Assembly: GCA_951406725.2 (NCBI GenBank)
Contig: OX597815.1
Coordinates: 173,662,001-173,726,000, forward strand
DNA: 64,000 bases
Reading direction: 5' to 3'
Source of the DNA: Octopus vulgaris
Taxonomy: Eukaryota
Shown: positions 26,351-39,525 of the stretch, in pieces
How the letters are laid out: each line of letters opens with the position of its first letter
Position numbering within the stretch: the stretch's first letter is position 1
Program-made: the position numbers and the translations under genes
Notes under the pieces: generated by a model
Database searches by the model: none
What the model saw: the letters and a program-made list of their open reading frames with translations, nothing else
What the model was told of the DNA's origin: nothing

Positions 26351-28852
26351 ATCATCATCATCATCATTTAATGTCTGTTGTCCATGCTGGCATGTGTTGG
26401 ATGGTTTGACTGCACTGGCATATTAGAAGGCTGCACCAGACTCCAGTCTGATTTGGCATGGTTTTCTATGGCTGGATACCCTTCTTAATGCCAACCACTC
26501 CAAGAGTGTAATGGGTGCTTTAATGTGTCACTGGCATGGGTGCCATTTGCATGACACCGGGTGCGTTTACATGCCATCAGCATGGGTGCCAATTTGCGTG
26601 ACACTGTATCTGCCACGACTGCAATTTTCTTTGGCTTTATGGGTCTTCTAAAGCATGACATAATGCCAAAGGTCTTAATCATTGCCTCTGTGAGGCCCAA
26701 CGCTCAAAGGGAACTCAGCCACTTTGCCTCCATGAGGCCCAACACTCAAAAGGAACTCAGCCACTTTGCCTCCATGAAGCCTAACATTCAAAAGATGCTC
26801 TTTACATGCCACCAGCATGAGTGCACTTGGCTTGATGGGTCCTCTCAAGCACATCACCAAAGGTCTTGGTCACCAGTCATTGCCTCTGTAAGGCTCAAAA
26901 TTCAAAGATCTTGCTTCACCACCTTGTCCCATGTTTCCCTGGATCTACCTCTACCTTGGGTTCCCTCCACAGTTAGAGATCGGCACTTTGTTACACAGCT
27001 GTCTTCATCCATATGCATCACAGGGCCATACTAGTGCAGTCATCTCTCTTACACACCACATCTGATTGCTCTTATGCCTAATTTTTCTCTCAAGATGCTT
27101 ACACTCTGTCGAACGGGCACACTGAGGTCCTTTGTTTCCAGCAGGGCTAGGAGCTCTCTGAACTTTGCCCAGCCTAATCTTATTCTCACAGCTGTGCTCT
27201 TGGAGCATCGACCTCCGTACTAACTTGGTCACCTAGATAACGGAAGCTATCTACTATCTCTAGCCTGCCAGTTGATAGAGTCTATTTTCTGCACATTGTC
27301 AATGTTTACTGTACCTGTTCACCCTCCTTGTTAACCTTCCTCTGATGTTGCTGCACTTTTTACGTGCCCAAAGTTTACACTGGGTGCATCTTATGGAGTT
27401 TCTACTTACACCTGTTCTACAGATTGAGCAGGGCCATCTACCTGAAGGGATTTGTGATTTGTCTGCATTCCTACTTGCTAAGACCTTAGTTTTAGCTAGG
27501 TTAACTCTATGACCCTTTGATTCTAGACCTTGCTTCCATACCTGGAACTTCTCTAGTTCAGATGGTGATTCAGCAACAAGAGCAAGATCAGCATAGAGGA
27601 GCTCCCAGGGTCAGCCTGTCTTGAATTCCTCTGTTATTGCCTGGAGGACTATGATGAATAAGAGGGGGCTGAGCACCAATCCTTGGTGAACCCCTACTTG
27701 TACTCTGAATTCTTCGCTGTATACATTGCCCACCTTTAACTTACTGGTAGCGTCCCTGACCAGGGCTTGTATGGCTCTCACCAACCACTTGTCTATCCCT
27801 AGTTTCTGCATTGACCACCACATAATGGATCAGAGGACCCTGTCAAAAACTTTCTCTAAGTCAACAAAAGCGAAGTACAGAGGTTTATCTTTGGCTAGGT
27901 ATTTCTCTAGCAGTTGCCTTACCAGAAATATAGCATCATTGGTGCTTCTATCTGGCACAAAACCAAACTGCATCTCATCTAGACTAACTCTCTCCCTAAT
28001 TATTTGGGCTGTGACTCTCTCTCCATAACTTTCATCACCTGATCCAACAGTTTGATACCTCTGTAGTTATTTCTATCTAAAGTATCACCTTTACCTTTGT
28101 AGAAGTTGACTATGGTGCTACTACACCAGCCATTAGGTATGACTCCTTCATGAATCATCTGATTTACAATACAGGTGACTAGACCATAACCCACATGACC
28201 AGATATTTTAAGCATCTCAGCACTGATTCTTGATGGGCCAGAGGCTTTCCCTGTCTTCATATCCTTAATTGCTTTATCTACCAGGTTACTGTCAATTCAT
28301 GTAGCTGGTCTGTCGACAGAGTCAACATTTGACAGACTCTCCTCCTCCCATTCATTTTCCACATTCAGCAGTCTGTCATAATGGCATCTCCAAGCCTCTT
28401 TCTTTGCAGAATCACCATCAGCAAGTACACCATCATCCATGCAGACACATTTCTCTCCTATGACATCACAATTTTCTCTCATACAGTCTTGCAATCCGAA
28501 ATACTTCAGTTCTTTGGTCCCCACAATGCTGAACATATGCAAACTTCTTTTCTGCTTCTCCCTTGGCTAGATATACCTGTCTCCTAGCTTCCCTTCTGGC
28601 TGTCTGATACTGTTCCCTGCTGCCCTCACTCTTTCAGGCCTGTTTCTTTGCTCTAGTGGCCCTGTCTACAGTAGCGTTCCACCACCACATTACTCTAGGT
28701 CTGGAAGGCCTTCGCACCAACCACAGATTTGTTCTGTGGCACTCAGCAAGCTATCACACAGAAATTCCCAGTTGCCCTCTATGTCACAAGTTTGTAGTTC
28801 CTCCTCCCTCTCATCAAATTTCACAATTAGGATGTCCCTAAATCTCTGGCCA
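26351..28852 (-). mobile_element. RTE-clade LINE, 5'-truncated and decayed (reverse transcriptase pseudogene)
   Basis: Reverse-strand fragments MKTGKASGPSRISAEMLK, YKGKGD...NYRGIKLL, VGVHQGLVLSPLLFIIVL and ELLYAD-L (YADD with one D lost). (ATC)n tail at 26351. Confidence 0.92.
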
Positions 28853-29879
28853 TATGACCATTTAACAAAAATACTTTCTTCATTTATAAACTATAAAACA
28901 ACACGTTTTTCTAGTTTCTGTTTCCCTAGTCTCATACACAAGGAATCTGGTTGATCAGATTAAGATTCTTAACAAGTTTATCATAGTTGTCCCCTTTAGA
29001 CTAGAGATGCACAGTATGGTTCAAGAGGACCAGAGGTCCATACCAAGTTTTGGAAGCCCAAACTGGATAAAAAAGTATAAAATGACAGAGTATTTGGGTT
29101 CACAGATATAATTAATTCTAATCCACTGATAAATCAAATTATTAAACCTTGCATCATTTCAGTTCCAGCCATATGATTTACAGTGGCAAAGTTTTCTGCT
29201 GTTGCTGATATTTTTTACTAAAAACAAGAAACAAACTAGAGATAAATGAATGAGGAACTATAAGGCTGAGATTAATAAACTGATTGAAAATTACTACTTG
29301 TCTTGGCAGAAAACATCATGACCAGAGAAACCACAATTTTATTTTAATTTGTATTAATAAGTAAGACAATCTAAAATCTAAATCAACCAAGATATTAAAT
29401 TTACATCTTTCTTATACAGTGCATAATTAATTTCTTGATTGAAAACATTTATATCCTAATGCAATTGAAAGTCAATTTGTAGCTGGTGGTCCATGAATAT
29501 TTCTGGAGGAATTTTGTGGACCATTTCTGAGAAAGGTTGTGCACACTATTTTAAACAGTATCAGGAAATTTCAAAAATGTCTTGATTTAAAAAAAGGAAT
29601 TTACTTCACAGCTCCTTCTTATCTCATTTAGTTTGTTCCCAAGATTGAACCAGCAACAACAGGAAACAGTTTTGGAAATTTATGTACAGAACACTTGAAG
29701 TCCAAAATAAGGAGTAAACTACCACTAGCTGTAAGAAAATCTCTTCCAAAGAAACCATTCTATGAAACAGATTATAATTTTATAAACTTCAAATAATATA
29801 CTTTTTGTATCTTTTGAAACTATACTGAACACAAGAATCACAAACTGTTTGTTAATAGCGCAGTAGTTGTGCAATATAA

Positions 29880-30050
29880 AGTAGTAGTAATCCTTTCTAC
29901 TATAGGCATAAGACCCAAAATTTTGGAGAGGGGGCAGATTAATTATACCAACCTCAGTGCTCAAATAGTACTTATCTCAAAAGATGAAAGACAAAGCCAA
30001 CCTCAGTAAATAGAGACCAACATGCAAACAATTTTACCAGTTCGCTGCCT
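29880..30050 (-). mobile_element. Nin/Deu-domain-like SINE (family B), degenerate
   Basis: TAATCCTTTCTACTATAGGCATAAG...GATGAAAGACAAAGCCAACCTC...CCAGTTCGCTGCC is the reverse complement of the 44652 type. Confidence 0.6.
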
Positions 30051-32255
30051 TTTTTAATAATAATAATAATTATTATTATTAATAATATCAAGAAAATTCA
30101 TGTTCTATATATTTGATTTAGTGAGATTTGCTTTTGGAGATGGATGCTCTTCCTACAACCAATTAACAGTGTGAAAGGAACATATTTATTGTAGATCTCA
30201 AATGATATCTGTTATCTTTAAGAACAGAAATTATTCTAATCCTGAGCAGCTGCTGATTTGATACAAGCACAAGTGCCCCCCACACACTAAAATGATGTTC
30301 ATATTGCTGAAAAAGAGCAGCTGCTAAAAAAAAAAAAGAAAAAAAAGAATTCTAGCTGCATTAAAAAATAGGCCATTCTACTGAATAGCAAGACTTCATT
30401 CACTAATATATAACAATAACTTACAGACCAAGATACTGTATCATCTCTTCTGTTGTTGCTACAATGACTCCACTTTTTCTGATAAGTTGTGTACCAAGTC
30501 TACCCAATTCACTTGCCTCTTCTCTTTTGACATACGTATGTTGTCTCACCCATCAAATGCTTCACTCAAATCTTTATCTCCAGAAATACAATCCTTTGGA
30601 ATTTCCCACCTATACTATATTTTTTCCAGCAGACAGCAACCTACAGATATTCAAACCTAATGTAAAGGCCTGTAAAAGTCACAGACATTACCCTTTCACC
30701 TAATATGCAATATGCATATGCACACATTCAACATCTCTGATGGTATCTTTTGTAAGACTAATTTTTGCAAAGACACCAAGGAAATAGTTTTCTATTCATT
30801 GCCAAAGAGAAATTCTCCAACCTCATGTAGTTGTGAATGTTACAAAGATTTAAATACATTCCAGAATAAAGCCCGGATCTCATATCTACTGGCATTCAGA
30901 AAGAAAACTATTTATCTGATTAATAAATCTTCTCTTTCTGGAAACCTTTAATCCCTGGCCTATAATTATGGTACGTTTTCGCTTTGCTCTTTTAGCTAAC
31001 AGATTCTCTGAACTTGCTAGCTGGATCCGAAATCCAAATGAATAAATAAATAAATAAAGTAAAAAGAACCCCGAATAGCGATGCTTCCACTCTGCCATTT
31101 CATAGAAAAACCTCAAGGGTAATTACAGAATGTTCATCAAAAGAGATATTAATATGAAGATTATATCTAAGGTACAGAGAAGTTCACCTCACTTGTGTGG
31201 GACTCAGTATGAGATACAGCCAAGATAGATTTCAAAAAGTATTATGCTCAATTCTCAAATAATTCCTCTAAACCTTACACAGGAACTTTATTTTATCGAC
31301 CCCATTCCCACCCCAAAAGACCAAGGGCAAAGTTGACTTCAGTGAAATTTAAAAAGAGCAAGAAAAATACTGCAAGGTATTTTGTCCGACATTAATAATT
31401 TTGCCAATTCATCATCCTATTATAAAATATTATTAATTCATATAGAATTGATAAAATATTACATGCATTCATGTTGAACAAAAAGAGAAAAAGTAATGAT
31501 GTTTAGCAGTTCAAACTACAAAATGTTCCCAGATCCATGGCTTTCATTTTAATGAGTATCAAGGAAACAGATTTAACATTATAATTATACTTCTTACATT
31601 AATGGTATATAATATAGTGGCAATCTCACTAGTATTGGCATCATGAAAAAAAGCACCCAGTACACACTGTAAAGTGGTTAGCATAAGGAAGGGCATCCAG
31701 CTGTAAAAACTATACCAGAGCTGAGCTTGGAGTGAAATAGCTCTGCAGATTATTGGATCCTGTCAAACCATACAATCCACGCAAGCAAGAAAAATGGATG
31801 ATAAATGTTGATTGTGAAAGGTATGAAGCTAGAATAATTTTCTGTCTTTATCTAAGACTGAGTGCCAAACATTATTTTATTCATATATTCATAAATCAAA
31901 ACTAGGGGCTTGCAATAACCATGAGTCCTGTCCCCTGTTAGCTACATAAAACTATTTTTTAAAAATTTAAACAGTTACATAGCATCAGGTGAGTTAACCA
32001 TCAAGTAATATTTAGCATAAGAGTTTGAAAATTCAAACTCAATCAAATTTCAAAAGTTATGAGACTTCCACATTCATAAATCTTAAAATGCTCTTCAACA
32101 ATTCAATGTGAATCATTAAATGAGAAAACCTCAATATAATGGCATGAGAATACCCCAGTCCCTAAATCAACTAAAAGTTTTGAAAGGTTAAATATCTTTA
32201 TAGGTTAGTCACATAAAATGAAAAGAAACTTATAAAACAATGAAATTTAATTTAC

Positions 32256-32384
32256 CTTTAAAATTTGTTTTTTCTGCATTAATCTGTTGCTAGCTTCTAA
32301 CTGACCCAACTCTGCAAATTCAAGGGCTCTTTTTTCCAACTGTTGCAGTAGCTCATTTTGTTGCTGGAATTCTTCTTTCAGTGT
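32256..32384 (-). CDS. DMD: Dystrophin exon, 129 nt (about exon 31)
   Basis: Acceptor ATATAG, donor GTAAAT. Encodes TLKEEFQQQNELLQQLEKRALEFAELGQLEASNRLMQKKQILK. Confidence 0.85.
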
Positions 32385-33269
32385 CTATATAAATAACAGT
32401 TGTTACTAATATATTTTGTTTAAATATTTGATTGTTGACTGACTACAGCATAAAACTACAACAGGATTTCTTATTTATACAACTTAGAAATATATAATCA
32501 ACTGTGCTTTAAGAATAGATAACTGAAGGCAAATTAGTTTATAACCCTGCCACCCCCACCCCAAATGGAAAGTTATTAGATTTATGACATTATCAAAGGC
32601 CGGTTAATCAATAAAACCAACATTCTGTTTCATTCAAAATTCTTCAAGTCAAGCTATCTCTATACTAAAAGTTATTCAGAACACTTGAACTTCCTATTCA
32701 GAGAAAAGATGATAAATTAAATTTCAACACAATCTGACAGTCAATAGAATAATGCTCCTATAATGAAGACAGTACTCTTTCAACCTCATGATCATCAAAA
32801 AAATACAAGTAATTTCTGTATTGAATGTTACCTAACTGCAATACAACCAATAAATCAACAATCTGTGTTCATCTCAGGTCTGCCTCTGCTTATTTTACTT
32901 GTACTTCAACAGAATTCTATTTGTTCTATGCATTTTATATAAAGTTAATAATACTCAAATTCCAAACCATATTATATTAAGAACCAAATATTCATAATTT
33001 AAATTTAATTTAATGCTTCCGTTTTATTTCTTCTATCAGTTTTCATAAAATATTGAAATTTTTAAAGTGAAGACAATGTTCTTTCTATTTTTTTTTCACT
33101 TCTGCAAAACAATTCTTTTACAGACTTTTTAAAAATAAAATATTTTCCTCATGTTCAAAAGAAAAATCTACCTCCCTATTGTTGGTTACTGAATTTCGTT
33201 TTTGAAATATATAAAATCCAGTTTAAACAAAACTATTAATTACATTCACAAAGGATTAATTTTCTATTC

Positions 33270-33534
33270 ATGGCACCTGTGTCGGTGGCACATAAAAACA
33301 CCATCCGAGCGTGGCCGTTCGCCAGCCTCGTCTGGCACCTGTGTCGGTGGCACATAAAATCACCCACTACACTCTCGGAGTGGTTGGCGTTAGGAAGGGC
33401 ATCCAGCTGTAGAAACACTGCCAGATCTGACTGGCCTGGTGCAGCCTTCGGGCTCCCCAGACACCAGTTGAACCGTCCAACCCATGCTAGCATGGAAAGC
33501 GGACGTTAAATGATGATGATGATGATGATGATGA
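33270..33534 (+). mobile_element. Young RTE-LINE 3'UTR fragment
   Basis: TGGCACCTGTGTCGGTGGCACATAAAA occurs twice, then GTTAGGAAGGGCATCCAGCTGTAGAAAC and a (GAT)n tail. Confidence 0.9.
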
Positions 33535-33765
33535 TCTCCAAAACAAATAGTTCAAAGTATTAACCAACGTCTTCTGAAATATTTCTGTTATGAGAATTTT
33601 TAAACCCTATTCAAATTGGTCTTCATAGCCAACAGGTTTTCATCTGTAATTAACTGTTTTTTTCAAAACTTCACTGCATAAATTTTGGACAGCTAAAACA
33701 GCCTGATTACTCTATGCCTTGTGTGATAAATAATAATTATCTAAAATTTTAAAACAATATTTTAC

Positions 33766-33927
33766 CTCATATTCACGAGGACTGTCCTCAGCAAGTATAT
33801 CAGCATCCAGCAGGGATTGTAAACGATTTGATATATCTGTCATCCATTCAGACATTTCAAGCATTTGCCGTTCAGTTTCCTGGGCCTTATGGGCAGAATG
33901 CTCCAAATGTGTTACACGGTTTTGAGC
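33766..33927 (-). CDS. DMD: Dystrophin exon, 162 nt (about exon 30)
   Basis: Acceptor TTTGTAG, donor GTAAAA. Encodes AQNRVTHLEHSAHKAQETERQMLEMSEWMTDISNRLQSLLDADILAEDSPREYE. Confidence 0.9.
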
Positions 33928-36869
33928 CTACAAACATGCCATTATTCAATGATAGTTGCAAAAATCACCTTAACTAAATACTTTATTTGTCTTTCAATAA
34001 AATTGTCTAACAAAAGTTTAAAATGCATAAACCTAATATAATAAAATGCAAAGAAAATGATTTAATATTTGTAAAACATTTTTATTTTAAGTATAAAACA
34101 GCTCTTTTATCTAAAATTTATCACTATTAGTTTTGAAATTCAGGATTTATTAGTTTCATTCTAGCCAATAGTTATCCTAAGATTATGTAACAAGAAAAAA
34201 AAACTACACCATTTGAAAGTTTTTTTGTCTTGTTTTTCATTCTACAACCACTGTATAGTATTGGCTGCCGACAATACTGTCAAACATGTTTAAAAGTGGA
34301 GAATATATTTTGCCCTTGCCCTGTCGCCTTTATGCTGTTGTATAAAGATAACTGGATTTTTAATTTAGAATAAATGTCCCTTTCAGTTTCATGTGAATAT
34401 TAATTTCTTACATTGGCTTGATACCTAACAGGGAAAATAAAATTGCATAATATTCTTGCCCTTCTTAAAAATATTGCTAATTTAAGCAACTGCATCATGA
34501 AAGATTCATTTAAGCCATCTAAAAGCACACAAAAATTGTTATATCCCTCTTCATTTCTTGTGGTATCAAAATTTTCATCACTACTGCAACTACTGATACT
34601 GTTGAAACTTATTTACTGGGAAGTTCTTACAGACCTCAGGGAGTGTTGTTTTTTATAAATGGTTAACCACTTAACACCAATCATTTGTTAGTAGCTTCCA
34701 AACTTCATTCTTTCGTCATTTTAGACCCTAGTTTGTGTATATTATTATACCTTTTTTCTCCCTCATTTGCCATGATAGCTTTGTATTATTACTTACCTCC
34801 ACCCACTATGCATAAGTATAAAGCAATTCTGAAAGAAAGACCTGCAGAATGGTGATAATGATACATATTAGTTTGTGAACAGGCAAAAGAATGGAACCTG
34901 AAAGAGACTGATGACAACTAGTGTCAAGAGATCAAATAATATCTATACAACAAACCAATATATGCCTAACCTCAACAACAGAGAGATAAAAAAAAAAAAA
35001 CCAAGCCCATAAGACCTTGCCAGTAATTATGTGTCAAACAGCTGCAGTAGAACTGTCAGAGACCAGGGTGTGGTTATGTGACCTGGTCACTGACACATCA
35101 AGAAATATATGAAAAATCAATATAACAGTTTCCCTGCCACCACATAGCTAAAATGGCTCTTTCACAATGTAACTGCTTCAGTATCAATGCATGGTCTCAG
35201 ATCAAGTCATTTGTCCAACAACTCTGAATTAACTAACATAAATGAAGGAAGATGACTTCAGGTAATAGCTAACAAGGTGGAAGCATGCTTGTTCTACCAA
35301 TTTTTTTTATGCCAACAACTGATTTGGATCACTTTTACACTTATATAACATGAGAAAAACAACTATATATAATTGTTATTGTTTTGTCCCAAGTTAACTT
35401 TGATCAAGTAAGCCTTTCATCAAAAGCATTCCTATTTTTTGCAGGCCATGCAGTCATCTCCTTCATTGGCTATATTGACTACAGAGAAAAAAAGCCATGA
35501 TAATGATAATATTGAGTTGCCAATATAACAAATAATTAACAAGATTTCAGGTGAATTCTTTAGTTAACTACATTATGTATAACATATTGCATAAGTTAGC
35601 ATTCTGTGAAAACTCCTATTTTGTTAGATAAAGTCTGTTGCCTGATCTAAATTAATATTGTCCGAAAGAATTAAGAATTCTACATACTGGAAAGCAAAAC
35701 AAGGAAGTATGTTTGCCTGCCTGGGATGTAATGATGTATAGCAGTGAATTCTAGCAAAATAGCAGAAGATTTAAGAGGCAAAAAGTATGATTTGACAGAT
35801 AAACAATACCAACTTAAGAAGCAGACTGAGAAATAGCAGAACAAGAATTGTAGACATTAGAGCCACTAATTATTGCATGCATAAAGGACGTTTGTTGGTT
35901 TGAATACAACAAATTAGACGAAAGAATTTTGAAAGCTGAAACTTATAGTTACCAAGACAGACATGTTGATTGATAGATTTGGTCTAAGACAGCTTTATGC
36001 TTTACAGTGTGAAAAATATAGAGGAAAGATAAATAGAAATAAACTATTCTTCTGATGTATTCATTCCATCCTATACTCACATACAAAGCAAGCAAATTGA
36101 TGACACAGAAGAAGAGGATATGATGAAATTGTAATTACTTTTTACTTATAAAGAAGTCATGGATGATAAACATTCGAAAAAAGTTCAGTAAAAATTTTAC
36201 AAGTTTTAAGGGGATTCCTCTTCAGATTAATATTGTATCAAAGAATATCTAGTGAAATATATGTACACTTGTATTTCTTACAGAGACAGATAAAACCACC
36301 ATTCTCATAATAAATGGGATAAATGTTCCCTTATATATTAGTTTATAAGGCCACTCAAATTTTTTTCAACTATTTGTCTTTCTTCCCATGTCTTTTTATT
36401 GTGTAAAGTGGTTATTATAAGGAGCTGATCTTCATGTGTTTCCTTGTATTGCTTAAATAACACTTCTTGGTACCCTCAATACACACCATTACACACAATC
36501 TTTTCTTTATTCTCTTCTTGTGTTTTATACACACTTTTCTCTGGCTATTTCTGCTACTGTAGGAAGCAGTTTATATCAGAAATTAGATAGTGAAGTAAAA
36601 CCAAAACAATTTCTCCATTGTTAGTACTACGAGAAACATGAGTGATGAGTGGTATAAAATGAACTGTAAAGCAATGTTTCAGTATGAATCAAGATATATC
36701 CAGAATTATGTGCATATTCTTACTACTCATTCTAGTGCAAATAATAAGGTATTGACAGGTTGCTAAGTAAGATGAATGAATGGGATAAGAATAGCATATT
36801 CTACAGCCAGGTCTAGAAATTAGATATCAATTCACAGATAAAATATTAATAACATAAAGGAATTAAAAG

Positions 36870-38070
36870 AAAGAGAAATGCCCAACTTTTAAACATAGTT
36901 GCTGAGATATTTAAAGTATCAGAATGGGAGCCACTTGCTTAGCTAATTAAATCACCTTGAGATGTATTATTACTTGTAACTAGTTTGGCAGAAATATGCT
37001 CAACTGCTACAAAAATAAAGAAGTCAACAGAATTTACACTGTCCCCCTCCCACCCCATAAATCAAATTTAAAAGTAGTAGAAAAGACCATATCAAAGTTA
37101 ACGCAAGAGAGACTGCAATTCAATAGAATGCAGTTTAGGTTTGCACATGACTCTGGAGTCATACATACTAAATTTCTGATAAAACAATAAAAAAATAGTT
37201 CTTAGTAAAGAGCAAATAACTCCTGGCTTGCATTTGCTAACTCAAGAGAAGGCCTTTAGCAAGGATCTATACAGTTTAATGTAAAAATCCATGGAAAAGA
37301 TAGCTAGAAAGGAAGAGTTGATCAAGACTCAAACACTGGTCTCTTCAAAATAAAATTCAGAAATGGATAGTCATGAAAACTTCTATACTATGAAAATTAG
37401 TTTTTATTGCAGAATCAAAGAATTTCAAAACAAATTCTTGAGAAGACAAAAAATGTAAAAGTGAATACAGAAAAACTAAGCTTTCAGTCAGTAGCTGAAG
37501 CCATAAAAGCTCAGTTGCATGATGTAAAGGACTGTCTGCAGGTTTTACATGAAATAAGACATCTAAGTGTACCAGAATAGGAAACAGTACGAACAGTCAC
37601 TATCTGGAGATCAGAAAGTGATCAAATCATAAATTCTATTATTTAGGTGATATTTAACGTAGCAGCTACAGCTAGTACCAAAGTTTGTTATGGTTTAAAG
37701 GAGATGGAAGATCTTAGGGAAGTGTAATTGCTTTGGAAATAAAGGGTTTTTCTCTCTGATACAGAAAAGTAAAGAACATTGGAATAGAAATTTCAGCAAT
37801 TGGAGTAGATTGAGCATGGGTGCAGGTCATTAACTTACAGAAATGATTGGGTATAAGTGAAAAAAAAGCTACCAAGTATAAAAAGCACTACCTAATACAT
37901 GCAGACCGGACAGGACAGACGTGTATATTCATTATGCAAATGAGAGGACATGTTATAAAAAACTTCTATGATTCAGATGAATAAAAATACATCAAGCCTA
38001 AGAATGTTGGGTCTCACATATAAAATGGCAGAGGTTTGTGAAAGATGGTATGTAACATATATTATTAAAG
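36870..38070 (+). mobile_element. Highly decayed RTE-type LINE ORF2
   Basis: Remnants NCYKNK, NRMQFRFA (cf. MQFGF) and AF...EKAF-like segments, collinear with the 26351-28852 element. Boundaries approximate. Confidence 0.5.
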
Positions 38071-38869
38071 AATGCTAGCATCAAAAAACAAACATCTAAA
38101 TGCTGTTTGTTTATTATCATGTTTCAAAATATAAGGTAAACACATCAGTTACAACAAGATTATATTAAGGGTAGAATTATCTTCTCACCAAATACAAAAC
38201 TTTTTTGGACATTAAAAAGGGACAAAACGTTACAATGTGAGAAACTTCCTTTAATTGTAACAATAAAATATATGAATTTTATATACTGGATATATTTTGT
38301 TTGCCTCTAGCTCAGTTGGTAATATACTTCTTCCATAATACAGATAAAAAGAAAAGGAAAAAATATTAACTCAGCTTCTTGTCACACCTTTATAATATTC
38401 TTAATGATAATAATAAGATTTGTATCTATTTAAGTGTGACTATATAAACTCAGCTTTCATAGTGGTTTTTAAAAAATTTTCATCTTAATTTTCAAACTAT
38501 ATCACAATCACATTATTTACGCACATCTTCAATATTCCTAGATTTGCAAATATGCATTTCTTTAGGTTGGATTCCCTCAGAAAATTTGTTTCCAACAAAA
38601 GGTTTAAATAACAATATACTACTATCCTAAAGCAGTTACTAGAAATAAAAGTTCTGATGATAAGTATATCTTTCGTACGTGCATGTGCATATTTATTTTT
38701 TAAACTACTTGTGTTCAGAGGTGGATTTTAATGCTCCAAGTCACAACCATTAGACTTCTTTCCAGCTACTCCTTCCTTATATAATGTGGGATAGCCATGT
38801 ATCTTCTCTACAGCAAGACACCAACTCAACAAGGTAACTTTTGAGTTACCTGGTGACCTTCATTAGTAC

Positions 38870-39050
38870 CAATGTCACAAAAGATACACACTACCCTCTG
38901 TAAAGTAGGTGGCATTAGGAAGGGCATCCAGCTGTAGAAACTATGAAAAAATAGAGCTCAACACAGTCCTCTGGTTTGTTGTATCCTCTCAACTGTCCAA
39001 CACATGCAAGCATGGAAGATGGATGTTAAATGATAATGATGATGGTATGA
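38870..39050 (+). mobile_element. RTE 3'UTR fragment
   Basis: GGCATTAGGAAGGGCATCCAGCTGTAGAAAC...CATGCAAGCATGGAAGATGGATGTTAAATGATAATGATGAT. Confidence 0.75.
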
Positions 39051-39051
39051 T

Positions 39052-39475
39052 GCAGGAATGGCCCTGTGATTAAGAAGTTTGCTTCCCAACCACATGGTTT
39101 CAGATTCAGTGCCACTATGTGGCACCTAGGTCTACTACTATAGCCTCTGGCTTACACAGTCCTATGAAAATCCTATGAGTGGATTTGGTAGAATGGAAAC
39201 TGAAAAAGAACCCATTGTAAGTGTGTGTGTATGTTTGTTTGAGGGTGCACACATGTGCTTGTCTCCATGCTCTGACATCATGTGATTGTTGTAAATGAAT
39301 GTCATTCATTTCCAACATTCTGTGAAAACATTCTGGTCATGGGGATATATTACTCTGCTTGGAAACAGTTGTGGGTTGGTAACAAAAACAGCTCCGGACA
39401 TAGAAAATTTGCTTCAGTAAACTCCATCTGACCCATGCAAGCATGGAAATGTGAGTGTTAAAACGATGATGATTG
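39052..39475 (+). mobile_element. SINE with family-A head and RTE-like (GAT)n tail
   Basis: Head TAAGAAGTTTGCTTCCCAACCACATGG...GAGTGGATTTGGTAGA; tail ACCCATGCAAGCATGGAAATG...GATGATGAT. Confidence 0.75.
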
Positions 39476-39525
39476 ATATATAGTTGTGTTATATATATAT
39501 ATATATATATATGTAAATATACACA

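Noticed and set aside
26561-27034. 157-aa ORF with internal repeats (ELSHFASMRPN)
   Set aside because: Antisense reading of the RTE ORF2 end and its tandem 3'UTR units.
38303-38325. TAGCTCAGTTGGTA A-box
   Set aside because: No B-box or cloverleaf downstream.
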